Both the position numbers and the translations under genes were made by a program. The notes under the pieces are model-generated. The model worked only from the letters and a program-made list of their open reading frames with translations, ran no database searches and was not told the origin of the DNA. A stretch of 64,000 nt of DNA, from positions 75,826,001-75,890,000 of the forward strand of contig OX597827.1 in assembly GCA_951406725.2 (NCBI GenBank). The letters run 5' to 3'. The first letter of the stretch is position 1; each line of letters starts with the position of its first letter. The DNA is from Octopus vulgaris (taxonomy: Eukaryota). Shown in pieces: positions 36,531 through 48,600 of this stretch.

Positions 36531-37414
36531 ACTAGGTCTGATTAATAAGTATCCGGACTGTTGCCATAGTAACGAGGCTATAAGACATATAGTGAGGCTG
36601 CTTGGAAAAGATTGACTCAGAACTCTGCTGTACATGCACACTAAGTTTCAGTGTTCTACCTCACTGCCTTTGTTTACAGCAATGCTTAGAAGGAAGGTGT
36701 GTAGCGTGCGATCATCGCATTGACCATGACAGAGTAAGATGTCATGGTGATACCTGCTCAGAGGCCTATGCAAGCTTGCAGAAAATGTAAATGGAGGAGA
36801 ATGGGAGTCGCATGGAAGTGTACAAGTGGTTCAGACATTCCCAAGATAGCCAAAATGTGTCACTACTGATGAACGTTCTAAGAGACCAGCAACCGGCAAA
36901 ACTGAGGAAGACATTGCAGATGTGTGTGCAGCTGCAAAGGGAAACTGTTGGATCACCATCTGTGAGTTATCAGATGTGCAGATTTGTTATGGCTCAGTTT
37001 AGTCCATTATCACTGAAGATTTGCGTATGAGACGCATGTCCGCCAAATTCGTGCCAAAATTGCTTTGAGCTGACCAAAGAAACAATTGGGATTCTGTGGC
37101 ACAAAATCTCTTTGATTGTGTCATGAATGATGATAACTTTTCCATAGGCGTCTGAACAGGTATCACCAAGCTTTAGGCAAAATTTGATGCAGATTCTCTG
37201 CCCACCTTCCTCTGTCATGGTCAATGCGACAATCACACGCTACACACCTTTTACTTCTAAGTACTGCTGTAGAAAGCAGAAGGGAGCTAAAGTGTTAAAA
37301 TAGTGCATATGCACAGTAAAGTTTAAGGTCAATCTTTGCCAAATGGCTACAATCTGCATGCCTCAGCTTCGTTACTATGACAATAACCCGGATAATTATT
37401 GAGCAGACCATGTA
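36531..37414. mobile_element. Mariner-derived element built from two inward-facing left ends
   Basis: TIR GGTCTGATTAATAAGTATCCGG / CCGGATAATTATTGAGCAGACC; + strand relics VYKWFR and AKFVPKLL; - strand QRICIKFCLKLG. Confidence 0.8.
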
Positions 37415-38450
37415 TACACATATATATATATATATGTGTGCATACATACATATGCATATATATATATACATGTATATACATATATACATACATACATACA
37501 TGCGTACATACATGCATGCATACATACATGCATACATATATACATGCATACATACATACATGCATACATACATATATACATGCATACATACATATATATG
37601 CATACAATATATATATATATATACATGCATACATACATATATACATGCATACATACATACATACATGCATACATACATACATATATATATACATACATAC
37701 ATATATATATACATACATACATATATATATACATACATACATATATATATACATACATACATATATATATACATACATACATATATATATATACATACAT
37801 ACATACATACACACATATATATATATATACATGCATACATACACATATATATATATATACATGCATACATACACATATATATATATACATGCATACATAC
37901 ACATATATATATATACATGCATACATACACATATATATATATATACATGCATACATACATACACATATATATATATATACATGCATACATACATACACAT
38001 ATATATATATATACATGCATACATACATACACATATATATATATATACATGCATACATACATATATATATATATACATGCATACAGATATACATACATAC
38101 ATATATATACATGCATACATACATACATACATATATATACATGCATACATACATACATACATATATATACATGCATACATACATACATATATATATATAT
38201 GCATGCATACATACATACATACATATATATACATGCATACATACATACATATATATATATACATGCATACAGACATACATGCATACATATATATACATGC
38301 ATACAGACATACATGCATACATACAGACATATATACATGCATACATACATACATATATACATACATATATACATGCATACATACATACATATACATACAT
38401 ACATATACATATATATATTTATGCACACATTTACACACACACATATATAT
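37415..38450. repeat. ~1-kb (TACA/TA) compound satellite
   Basis: ATACATGCATACATACATAT units. Confidence 0.95.
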
Positions 38451-38710
38451 GTCAAAGTTTGTATTTGTGAATGTATATATGTTAATATAATTCTATGCAT
38501 CATAATTGTGTGAATAACATATGTAAATATTTCAGAGTGTTTATGTGCACATGTATACAGATATATATATTTAGGTGAGAACACATATGTACATGTATGT
38601 TGATATATATATGTATACAAACATGTTGTGTTGGAGGGGACAGGAGAAAGAAAGGGACAGAGATTTATACTGGGGGGGGGGGGCATACTGCAGTTGTACA
38701 TGAATGGAGT

Positions 38711-40156
38711 TTATGTTTGAGGATGGACTGGGCCCCACAGAAGGTTCCCTGGGCTGTATTCCTTGATGTTTTTGCACAGTGTGGGCTTCATAAATACCTC
38801 GTGTGTCCTTTTGTGGCTCTCCAAGCTACTCATTGTTGCGCATTCCTTGTTGCACACATCGCACTGGAATGACATGAGGCCGGCGTGTGTCGTCTGATGG
38901 ATCTGCAATTCATCCCGTTCGCTAAACTGCAGCATGCACACCTCGCAGCAGAACAATTTGCTCATAACTGCATGCACGTGTTTCTTATGTGCCTGCAGCT
39001 GCACTTTACGTGTGAACTGCTCAGAGCACATGTCGCAATCAAAAGGTTTGTCGCCTGTGTGCGTCCGCATGTGAATCTGTAACTTATCCTTGCGTGCAAA
39101 GTCCTTCTGGCAGACATCACACTGGAACGGCTTCTCCCCCGTGTGAATTCTACGATGAATCTTTAAGTAACATCTCTGGACAAACTGTTTGGGGCAGAGG
39201 TCACAGTGGTAGGGCTTCTCCCCCGTGTGGGTCCTTCGATGGATTTTCAAACGATCGCTTCGTGCAAACTTCTTCAAACAGATTTCACACATAAACGGCT
39301 TCTCCCCAGTATGGGTCCGTTCGTGGATCTGTAGTTTGTCTTTCAGGACAAACTGTTTTGGGCAGTAGTTGCAATGGTAAGGCCTCTCACCCGTGTGGGA
39401 GCTCATGTGAATCTTTAACTTGTCCTTCCTAGAAAACTGTTTCGTGCAGATCTCACAATGGAACGGTTTCTCCCCTGTGTGAATTCGTTCGTGGATTTGT
39501 AATTTGTCTCGGTGAACAAACTTTTTGGCACAAAACGTGCAATGGAACAGTTTCTCGCCCGTGTGCAGTCTCTGGTGCAGCTGCAATGCACTTCTCCTGG
39601 CAAAGCTCTTTTCACAACTGCCACAATGAAATGACTTGACTGGCGTATCAGCTTTCTGAATGACTGGCATTGATTGGTATTTAGGGAGACTGTTGACCCC
39701 TTGGTGGACTTTGTTGTCGTTGGTGCTCAACTGTTTGTCGTGGCCCTGCGGCAGATAACAGTTCGGGACAAGCTTCTGTGGTGGGGCAACGTTAGGCAGC
39801 ATTCCATGGGGCTGTAAGTAATAACTGGACAACTGGTTGTTATAAATGCCCCCATAGAAAGGTTTGTCGTTCAGGGTGGATATACGAGGAATAATTGAAG
39901 TGCTAGTTGTTGCTACTGTTGTTGCTGGGGATGGTGGTTGTGGTGGCTGTGGAGGGGGTGGTGATGCTACTGCTGGGGTCGACACAACTGATGTCGCTGC
40001 AATTGGCGGTGTCGATACATTGTTGGCCTGTGACAATGCTGCAATGGCCGAGGGCAGTGGCCCCTGGTTAACAGCATACTGAAGTTTTCTGGTATATTCT
40101 ATGGGTAAAGAGTTTTCAGTAGAATATTTTATAAGGCGGTTCGGAGCAGAAGACAT
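38711..40156 (-). CDS. C2H2 zinc-finger protein, 481 aa, 10 fingers, Pro/Thr/Ala-rich N-terminus
   Basis: Uninterrupted ORF with tandem CxxC-x12-H fingers and TGEKP linkers. Confidence 0.95.
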   Translation of the reverse strand: MSSAPNRLIKYSTENSLPIEYTRKLQYAVNQGPLPSAIAALSQANNVSTPPIAATSVVSTPAVASPPPPQPPQPPSPATTVATTSTSIIPRISTLNDKPFYGGIYNNQLSSYYLQPHGMLPNVAPPQKLVPNCYLPQGHDKQLSTNDNKVHQGVNSLPKYQSMPVIQKADTPVKSFHCGSCEKSFARRSALQLHQRLHTGEKLFHCTFCAKKFVHRDKLQIHERIHTGEKPFHCEICTKQFSRKDKLKIHMSSHTGERPYHCNYCPKQFVLKDKLQIHERTHTGEKPFMCEICLKKFARSDRLKIHRRTHTGEKPYHCDLCPKQFVQRCYLKIHRRIHTGEKPFQCDVCQKDFARKDKLQIHMRTHTGDKPFDCDMCSEQFTRKVQLQAHKKHVHAVMSKLFCCEVCMLQFSERDELQIHQTTHAGLMSFQCDVCNKECATMSSLESHKRTHEVFMKPTLCKNIKEYSPGNLLWGPVHPQT

Positions 40157-40545
40157 ATTGTGTGGTGGTGGTGGTGGTGGTGGTGGTGGGGAACAGAAAG
40201 GAGAGAGAAAGACGGAGAAGGAGCAAATGGGAAGGCTTTGCTTTTGTTTAGTTAACGACCTTTTGAAATAGTTTTGTTTTAATTAAAATCATCAAAAACA
40301 CATTTGGTTCATGTCTTTGAACCGGTTTGATCTCGTTTTCCAATAAACGAAAAAATATAATAAAATACAAAGAATTTCAGCTTTTGTATTCGAAGCCAGG
40401 GTTACACACAGCATCTATGAATGACACAATGCTGGATGTGTTGGTGTGTGGTGCTGTAAACGGTGATTCCATTCATGAGGCCAGAGGCTGGTAATATCAG
40501 TCCAATTCAGGAATCTTCCTCTGGAGGGAACCTTCATTCACAAAT

Positions 40546-40575
40546 CTGAAAAAGACACAAAGAGAAAAATAAATA
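40546..40575 (-). promoter_or_regulatory. Putative 3' splice acceptor of the minus-strand ZNF exon
   Basis: Minus strand TATTTATTTTTCTCTTTGTGTCTTTTTCAG|ATT, ~390 nt upstream of the ATG. Confidence 0.6.
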
Positions 40576-40590
40576 CAATATATATAAATG

Positions 40591-40729
40591 GTGGTATGTT
40601 GTGAACTTAATGTGACAGTCCCATGAAAGGGAAGAATGCTACTGCTATTTAGCCCTAGGAAACACCACTAAATAGCAGTAGCATTCTTCCCTTTCATGGG
40701 AATGTCACATTAGGTTGACAACATACCAC
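40591..40729. repeat. Inverted repeat: 62-bp arms, 15-nt loop
   Basis: Arms 40591-40652 and 40668-40729, 3 mismatches. Confidence 0.92.
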
Positions 40730-41344
40730 TACTTTATCATGTTACTACTGTATAAATCTCTCCGAGAGACTTAGAAATGTATTATTTCTCTCTCTCTCAT
40801 ATATATAATAGTGGTTAGGGAGCTTGCTTCCTAGCTACATGGTTTCGGGTTCAGTCCCACTGCGTGGCACTTTGGGTAGGTGTCTTCCGCTATAGCCCCG
40901 AGCCGACCGGTGCTTTGTGATTGAATTCGGTAGGTGGAAGTTACTGCCGTGTGTGTATGTGTGCGTATAGCTGCTCAGTGCCTCTCCGAAAGAGAGAGAG
41001 GGGGGAATAATAATAATAATAATAATATATATATATATATATTTATATTTCTGTCTACCAAATTGACTCACAAAGCTTTGGTTGGCCGAGGCAATAGTAG
41101 AACACATCTGGCCAAAGTGCTCCCCACCCCCAGTGGAACTGAACCTGGGAAGGTCAATAATTTTGAGATGGGGTTGGGGTGGCATTTTAATACCTATACC
41201 CCAGTATTGATCACAAAGGATGGAAAGTGAAGTCAACCCTAGCAAAAATTGAACTCAGATCATAAGAAAAACAGAACACACATCATAAAACATTTGAATA
41301 TTGCTGTAACCATTATCACTGTTGTTAACAATAATCCTTTTTAT

Positions 41345-41740
41345 TAAGGGGCCACAAGGCCTGAAATTTAGCAGGGGGGGGGGGGACTAGTTGATTACAT
41401 TGACCCCAGTGTTTCACTGGTGCTTATTTCATTGACCCTGAAAGGATGAAATGCAAAGTCGACATCAGAGGAATTTGAACTCAAAACATAAAGACAGACG
41501 AAATACCCATTTCTTTACTACCCACAAGGGGCTACACACAGAGAGGACAAACAAGGACAGAGAAACTGAATAAGTCGATTATATCAACCCCAGTGCATAA
41601 CTGGTACTTATTTAATCGACCCCGAAAGGATGAAAGGCAAAGTCGACCTCGGCGGAATTTGAACTCAGAACGTAACGGCAGACGAAATACTGCTAAGCAT
41701 TTCGCCCAGCATGCTGACGATTCTGCCGGCTCGCCACCTT
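41345..41740 (-). mobile_element. SINE family B, older partial copy plus full copy
   Basis: Core GAAAGGATGAAAGGCAAAGTCGAC occurs twice (one variant). Confidence 0.8.
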
Positions 41741-41954
41741 TAACCCTTTCGTTACCAACCCGGCTGAAACCGGCTCCGAGTATAAATGTCTTGTTTTCAT
41801 AAGTTTTGAATTAAAATCTTCCACCAAACCTTAGTCACAATTTATGTTCCTAACACTAGCTTAATGATAAAGAAGTTAATTTACTAAATTCTTTGTTATA
41901 TTTAAAGTAATTGAAAGAAACACAGAGCATCTCAAAATAAATACAGTAACAAAA
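41740..41954. mobile_element. piggyBac-like MITE family 2, one end damaged
   Basis: TTAA-CCCTTTCGTTACC start; reverse of 50375-50603. Confidence 0.75.
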
Positions 41955-42475
41955 CAACAATAACAGCTGGTGTAGTTCCACCAAATCATTATTTTAAGTT
42001 CTTTTATCTAGTGAAGATAACATATCTATACCAGGAAGTAATATTTTAAAACTATTTATTAGTTACAACACACACCTCTACCCCCCCCCCCCACCACCAC
42101 CACCACTACCACCGCCGTCACCATTAAAGTATCTACTTCCTGTACTTATCCCTCTTATTCTTTTTACTTTTCTTGACCTCCAAACTGCCAGACCAGTTTT
42201 AGCTGTAGATCGGACAATAGATTTTTTTAATAATTTTAGTCTGTGTTCTTGAGCAATGTCCTCCGCATCACTCCTATCAAACACCTATCTTATCTGTAAA
42301 TGGTATACGTAATGGCCTATATAGAAAAACTGTGTTAGTCTGTGAACTGGTAAGAAAAGTACAAACACCGTTCATTCTATTTTCTCTTTGTTTGGTGTTT
42401 TTCCATTTATGTGGGGGAAAAAAAAAATCTGTTAATTTCTACACCTTTGAGAAATGGCATAGAATTAATATATAA

Positions 42476-42686
42476 GGGGATGCTGAAAAGTTCCTGGCTT
42501 TAAGGGTTATTGTGAAAGGCCTGGTTGGAGGCCCATCCTTCAAAGTTCTTTTACAGGGCTTAGAAAAACTGAAGGACCGCTACAATAAGTGTGTGAACCT
42601 GAGAGGAGAATATACTGAATAAGATCATAATTAACTGATCCTCCTGTATTTTTTTTTACCCAAAGCCAGGAACTTTTTAGCACCAC
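42476..42686 (+). mobile_element. Mariner-derived MITE retaining the transposase C-terminus
   Basis: TIR TGCTGAAAAGTTCCTGGCTTT / AAAGCCAGGAACTTTTTAGCA; encodes GLEKLKDRYNKCVNLRGEYTE*. Confidence 0.8.
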
Positions 42687-42730
42687 AAGGTGTGTGTGTG
42701 AGTGTGTATATATGTGTGTGTGTGGATATG

Positions 42731-42772
<42 letters not shown>

Positions 42773-43071
42773 AGTATGTACTCTTGTGTAAATATCACCA
42801 GGTGGTTGTAAATGAGCAACGCAGTGTTGTTTGTTTCCAATCTTCCATGAAGACCCAGTCTGGCCAGGGGGGTGGGCGAATATTACTTTGCTGGTAAACA
42901 GGTGAGGGTTGGTGACAGGAAGGACATCCAGCTGCAGAAAAACCTGCCTTGATATATTCCGTGTGACCCATGCAAGCAAGAAAAAGTGGATGTTAAAATG
43001 AGAATGAAAATGATGATATCACTGGAGAGTGGGGGGATGGAATAAACCTCAAACATCAGATAATCTTTTGT

Positions 43072-43290
43072 AGCACGCCCGGGCGAAATGTTTAGCGGTA
43101 TTTTGTCTGCCGTTACGTTCTGGGTTCAAATTCCGCCGATGTTGACTTTGCCTTTCACCCTTTCAGGGTTGATAAATTAAGTACCAGTTGCACACTGATC
43201 TCGATATAATCGACTTAATCTGTTTGTCTGTCCTTGTTTGTCTGTCCTTGTTTGTCCTCTCTGTGTTTAGCCCCTTGTGGGTAGTAAAAA
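43072..43290 (+). mobile_element. SINE family B, 5'-clipped
   Basis: Matches 6968-7200. Confidence 0.8.
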
Positions 43291-43674
43291 TGTGGAGCCT
43301 TGTTCCAAAAGACAAGACCACATCCCTTCACGTTCTGGGTTGAAATCAAGTTGGGTGTCAGATTTGTCCTTTATCTGGCAGGAGTCAATAAAATAATATG
43401 AAGTATATGCTAAGGGGTTGGATAAATCAACTGCAGCCCTTCTTGAAAATCTAAAGCTTTGAGCCGAAGATAAAACTTAGAGGACTAGTGAAGTACAAGC
43501 GTTGATATAATTATATTAATGATACGCATGCCTGTGGAACGCTCAGCCACTTACATGTTAATACAAGAGTAGTTATTTCACTTGATCAGATCAAGCAAGT
43601 TCTCACACACATGTGTATATTATATCTATGTATATATATGTATGTATGTATGTATATATAATGGAGAAATTGTA

Positions 43675-44574
43675 CATCATCGTTTAGCGTCCGCTTTCCA
43701 TGCTAGCATGGGTTGGATGGTTCAACAGGGGTCTGGGAAGCCAAAAGGCTGCACCAGGCCCAGTCTGATCTGGCAGTGTTTCTACAGCTGGATGCCCTTC
43801 CTAAGGCCAACCACTCCGTGAGTGTAGTGAGAGCTTTTTACACACCACCGGCACAGGTGCCAGACGAGGCTGGGAAACGGGCCACGATCAGATGGTGCTT
43901 TTTACGTGCCACCGGCACGGAGGCTGGCAACAGCCATGATCGGATGGTGCTTTTTACGTGCCACCGGTAGGGAGGCCAGTCGGGGCGGCGCTGGCAACGG
44001 CCACGTTCGGATGGTTCTCTTATGTGCCACTGGCACTGGTATCACAGCTACAATTTCCATTGATGTTGATCAATTTCGATTTTCCCTTGCCTCAACAGGT
44101 CTTCGCAAGTAGAGTTTTGTGTCCCAAGAAGGAAAGGTATGCATAAGTGGACTGGCTACATCCCAGGTGTAGGCCACGGATTATGGTCTCACTTGTCCTG
44201 CCGGGTCTTCTCACACACAGCATACTTCCAAAGGTCTAGGTCTCTAGTCATTTCCACAGTGAGACCTAAAGTTCGAAGGTCGTGCTTCACCACCTCGTCC
44301 CAGGTTTCTCCTGGGTCTACCTCTTCCACAGGTTTCCTCAATCGCTAGGGTGTGGCACTTTCTGACACAACTATCTTCATCCATTCTCGCCACATGACCA
44401 TACCAGCGCAAACGTCTCTCTTGCACACCACAACTGATGCTTCTTAGGCCCAACTTTTCTCTCAAGGTACTTACACTCTGTCGATTATGAACACTGACAT
44501 TACACATCCATCGGAGCATAATGGCTTCATTTCTTGCGAGCTTACGCATATCCTCAGCGGTCACGGCCCATGTG
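43675..44574 (-). mobile_element. 5'-truncated RTE-type LINE family C (ORF C-terminus plus 3' UTR)
   Basis: TWAVTAEDMRKLARNEAIMLRWMC...RRLRWYGHVARMDEDSCVRKC...GRGRPR; contiguous with the (GAT)n-tailed repeat seen throughout the window. Confidence 0.88.
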
Positions 44575-44601
44575 TACAAAATGTATAAATGGACGAGGAG
44601 T

Positions 44602-44675
44602 AAATCCCCAGCACAGCTTCGATTACTTGTTGTTGTCCAACAAGTAATCGAAGTGATAGTGGGTGGTGGGGATTT
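44602..44675. repeat. Short hairpin, perfect 16-bp inner stem
   Basis: CTTCGATTACTTGTTG-ttgtc-CAACAAGTAATCGAAG; outer AAATCCCCA/TGGGGATTT. Confidence 0.85.
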
Positions 44676-47600
44676 GAGAGAATTTCTCTGCTATTTCTAG
44701 CATGGAGCCTTCGCTGTTGGCTCGGAGCTGCAGGGGAGGTGTAAAAAGCCGGTGGTTTATATATAATTACTCCGTTTATTGTTAGTCATAATCTGATTCT
44801 AATCAAGTTTTGCTGATGTCTTTGAAACTCGTGTGTACATAGACTAATTATATTTATACAAAATATTTTTTCTTTGTTATTGTATATAAAATGATTCATT
44901 TCTGTAATGGTCAAACTACAGTATTTTTATGCAGCAAAATTATCTTGTAAACTGAACGAAATGGTTGAAAAACAAATAAATACGAACTTTAATATCGATT
45001 AGAAAGAAATAATTATATAGTTATATCGGAGAACATCCTTTGAAAACAATAAAAGTTATGGGACAAAATTCGAGGAAAGACTTCTGTCCCACAACTTTTC
45101 AGTTACACATTTAAAGAGGCAACAGATCGTAGATGCCCGATCAAACTTTGGCATTCTATAGTATACAATGCTAATAACGAGTAAAAGCTGAACGAAACAA
45201 AAGCCAAAACCAATGTAACGGGGGTGGATTTGAAAAGTGCGAATTAATTATTTGAACTTCATTGTCATTTAAAAAACCAAGGGGAGACAACTCCCTAGCA
45301 GGAGGAAGGCGAGCACAGCCTGGCCGGAACTGGAAATTAACAAAGCTTCTATGTAGTTGTCCGGTCAGCTAGAAATAACAGCCAAATTTTCATCTAATCA
45401 CACCTTACTGTTAGCAAAAAACGAATTTAAATAATGTAGCCCTAAATGTCTCTAAAATGATAGGAGGTGACGGCTAAAGTTAAACAACGACATCCCTACA
45501 GGTTTAGTGACAAGTTGAACTTGAAAGGATTTGTATTCCTTCGCTGACAAGTCCCTGGTCCCTTGGCAAATTCGCTTGATTCTTACTGATCTACAAATAT
45601 TATAAATTAAAACTTCCATTGTTACTTTCCGAGTTTGTTTTTCTTTTGTCATGGCCTAAACGCCTGCCCGTTTTCGTAAATATAAACAATAAATATATTA
45701 AAAGGGTTGCTAAAACTTATTAATGTTCAGCAAGTTTTTAGCCCATTGTTTTTTTTTATTTTGGTTTTGTCTATTGTGGCAAGAGCGAAAAAATACAAAC
45801 CATGACTAAAAACTTTAAACCGCCTAAAACTACTTCAACAGTACTATGTGATGGTATAATGAATAGTACACGTCTATAAGTAACAGACAGATATTCCATA
45901 GCTTGACCGGATGGTTTTTCGCTCCTCACACAGATATAATGGTTCAGAAAATAACTACCAACACAAGGAGAATGAACTTGAACAAATAACACTCAACGTA
46001 ATATCTAGTGGGTGACAATTGACCTCCTAGAACATGGCTAGCCATATTCGAAACATGAAACTAGCCACACTTAGCTAATTTCAATACGTTGCCATCGCCG
46101 TATCTTACAATATCAGTTTTTATATTTACACATTTGTCAACAGTAAAAAATAAAATCTTACACAAGTTTAGGAAGACCCTCAGAAAAAGCATGACCAAAA
46201 CTAATATCTTGATATACTAACTGGTAGGCCCTATCTGTGGAACAAGTTAGCCCCGTATAAAACCCATCTAGAAATATAAACTTCTATAACCTTGAATCAG
46301 TTTAAAGAAAGGTTGGATAAACGAACTCAGTGACAGAATGGAGGCTAAAGGATTCACATCTTTGGAATTAGGAGGAAAGTTGGAAATTTTTACTATCATC
46401 GTCAAAATTTTGCAGTGAATGTGATAATGTATGAAGAAAAATACTGGTAATACAACAGAGTTTACAACACTAGAGCTTGCAGTTAAACCGAAATGATTCT
46501 TTTAATCGCATCCTTAGTTATGAACACACCACAACGGACCAGTGGACTATCAGTCATGTAACAAATTTCTGACAGCAAGGAAGTGAAGCTGACTTTGGTG
46601 GACAGAAGGCGCATAGAAAGGGCGATATTCTTATAAGGCATCCGAAATGTGAACTTTAATTGAAATAACGTGAAGAGCAATTTGTGGTCGCTTCACCAAC
46701 TGGAAATAACATTTTTTTGTCTCAAAAACAGAAAAGATATATTGAACTAAGTACTTCTACAAACATAAAAGGGACATTTCGGTCATGGTTCAGAATGCTT
46801 TAATAATAGTAATTATAGTAAGTGTGGTGGATTAGTGATGATAAGGGAGCAAAATAAAACGAAAGATCTTGCGTAGAATACGGAAAATAGATGACAAAAG
46901 ACAGAATAAAAAAGAACGAGGGGAGGTAACTCAGTAAATAAAGTATATAAAGGAGGGAAAATGGGAAGAGGAAAGCGGAAAAGAAATTACGCGGAACTAC
47001 AGAATAGTATCGTCCTAACAGTTTCTGTTAACTTCCGAAATTGTTGATCGTCTCCTGATGAGCTTGACAGAGCTGAGCTGTGATCAGAAGTACTGCAACA
47101 CGATCAGACTGTTTTTTTTACGGGTATATTAGTTAATGTAGGTATATTAGTTATTGTAGGTGTAATCTGAGGGAGATTTGGCTGCTATTTCTAGCACACC
47201 AAGCAACCACATAGAGACGTCCTTGTTAACTTTCAAAGAGGCCGAGGGGAGGCAACTCGTATCACTTGCAGACAAAGCGAAGCCAAGAGAAGCGATACAA
47301 AATGGCTGGGACAAGTGGAAAAAACATTTCAACATCATTTAACATGATTTCGGGATGTTTTGTACAACATAGTCACGATGATAATTCTAGTAAATTCTCC
47401 CACAAAATAAATAATAAGCACTAGATAACTTTAAGGCAATATATATAGTCGCATTGTTCTGACACATTTCCGCTGTCCCGAATTAGATTTTCGTCTACTT
47501 TCGAAATTTCGAATATAAATAAATAGAAACTTTTTTTAAAAAATCATTAGTTTCTTGAGGATGTTTTAGATGTATAGAAAAAAATTAAGAAAAAATTTAA

Positions 47601-48273
47601 GGGTGTAATCATCCTTACTCCGTTCTGTATTTAACAACTGATTTTTTAAATATTTACATCGTTAATTACGGTTCGAAAGCGGAAGAGGCTTCTCAGTGGT
47701 CGCTTGATCTGTTAGAAATGACAACCTAATCTCACTCAAAACAAATCCAACCGTCTTAAACAAAGCAGAAGACTGGATAATGAAGTTCAAGATACACTGC
47801 CTCGAAATAAGTCCGGCTGATCTGCTAGAAACTGCAGCCTCATACCCAATCACATAGAAGGCTACCGTTTTAAATTAAAAAGTATATACTGGACAAGGTC
47901 ATCCAGTGTGTGCGTGTATATATATATAGAGAGAAAGATGTGTGTATGTAGGTCTCAGAATCAGGGTTGACCAAGGGCTAAACAACGAGCATTATTAGAC
48001 AAAAACGATGTATATATATATATATAAACAGAGTAGAGAGGAAATAAGAAGGTCGATGCTGGTAATGTTAGGTTTAAAACAAACAAACGAGTTGGGATAA
48101 ATTGGAATAAGTTAAGATGTTAAAGAGAGGGAGATTGAATGGAGATCACGAATTAAGGTCACCAAAAAAAAAAATATAAAGAATAGAGTTTCTTTTTGTT
48201 TAAATAGAAAAAAAAGGTTGGAATAATAAGAGAGTTTTTTACAAGAGTGGATTGGGATTATAATGGTGTTCAC

Positions 48274-48600
48274 CTTTGGAAGCCAGGCGACGGCCAGCCA
48301 TTATTATAAACGGTAACAGTTTCTCTCCTTCTCCCTCTCGGCAACGGCGGTGATGATGGCGGCGGCGATGGTGAATGAGTCGACCACCTCTTCTCTTCAG
48401 CAACACACCAGCTTTAATATAACACTCTCTCCCTCTCTCTCTCTCTTTCTATCTCATTCTTTGTTGTTGTTGTTTTTTCTTTCTTTATCTCTTTCTCTCC
48501 CCCCTTCTCTCTCTCTCTCTCTTCTTCATTGCTTTTTGTCTCTGTCTCTATCTCTCTGTCCCTGATTTCCTATCTCTTTCTTTCACTCCCTCCTTTCACA
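48274..48600 (-). promoter_or_regulatory. Candidate non-coding first exon/promoter of the minus-strand ZNF
   Basis: CpG-rich patch 48280-48390, (AG)-rich upstream tract, donor AAAG|GTGAAC at 48274/48273. Confidence 0.4.

Noticed and set aside
35643-38701. Long ORFs of 200-468 aa (YIYMHT / MYVC repeats)
   Set aside because: Stop-free reading of TA/CA microsatellites in several frames on both strands; the same applies near 18.2-18.9, 21.8-22.1 and 55.9-56.6 kb
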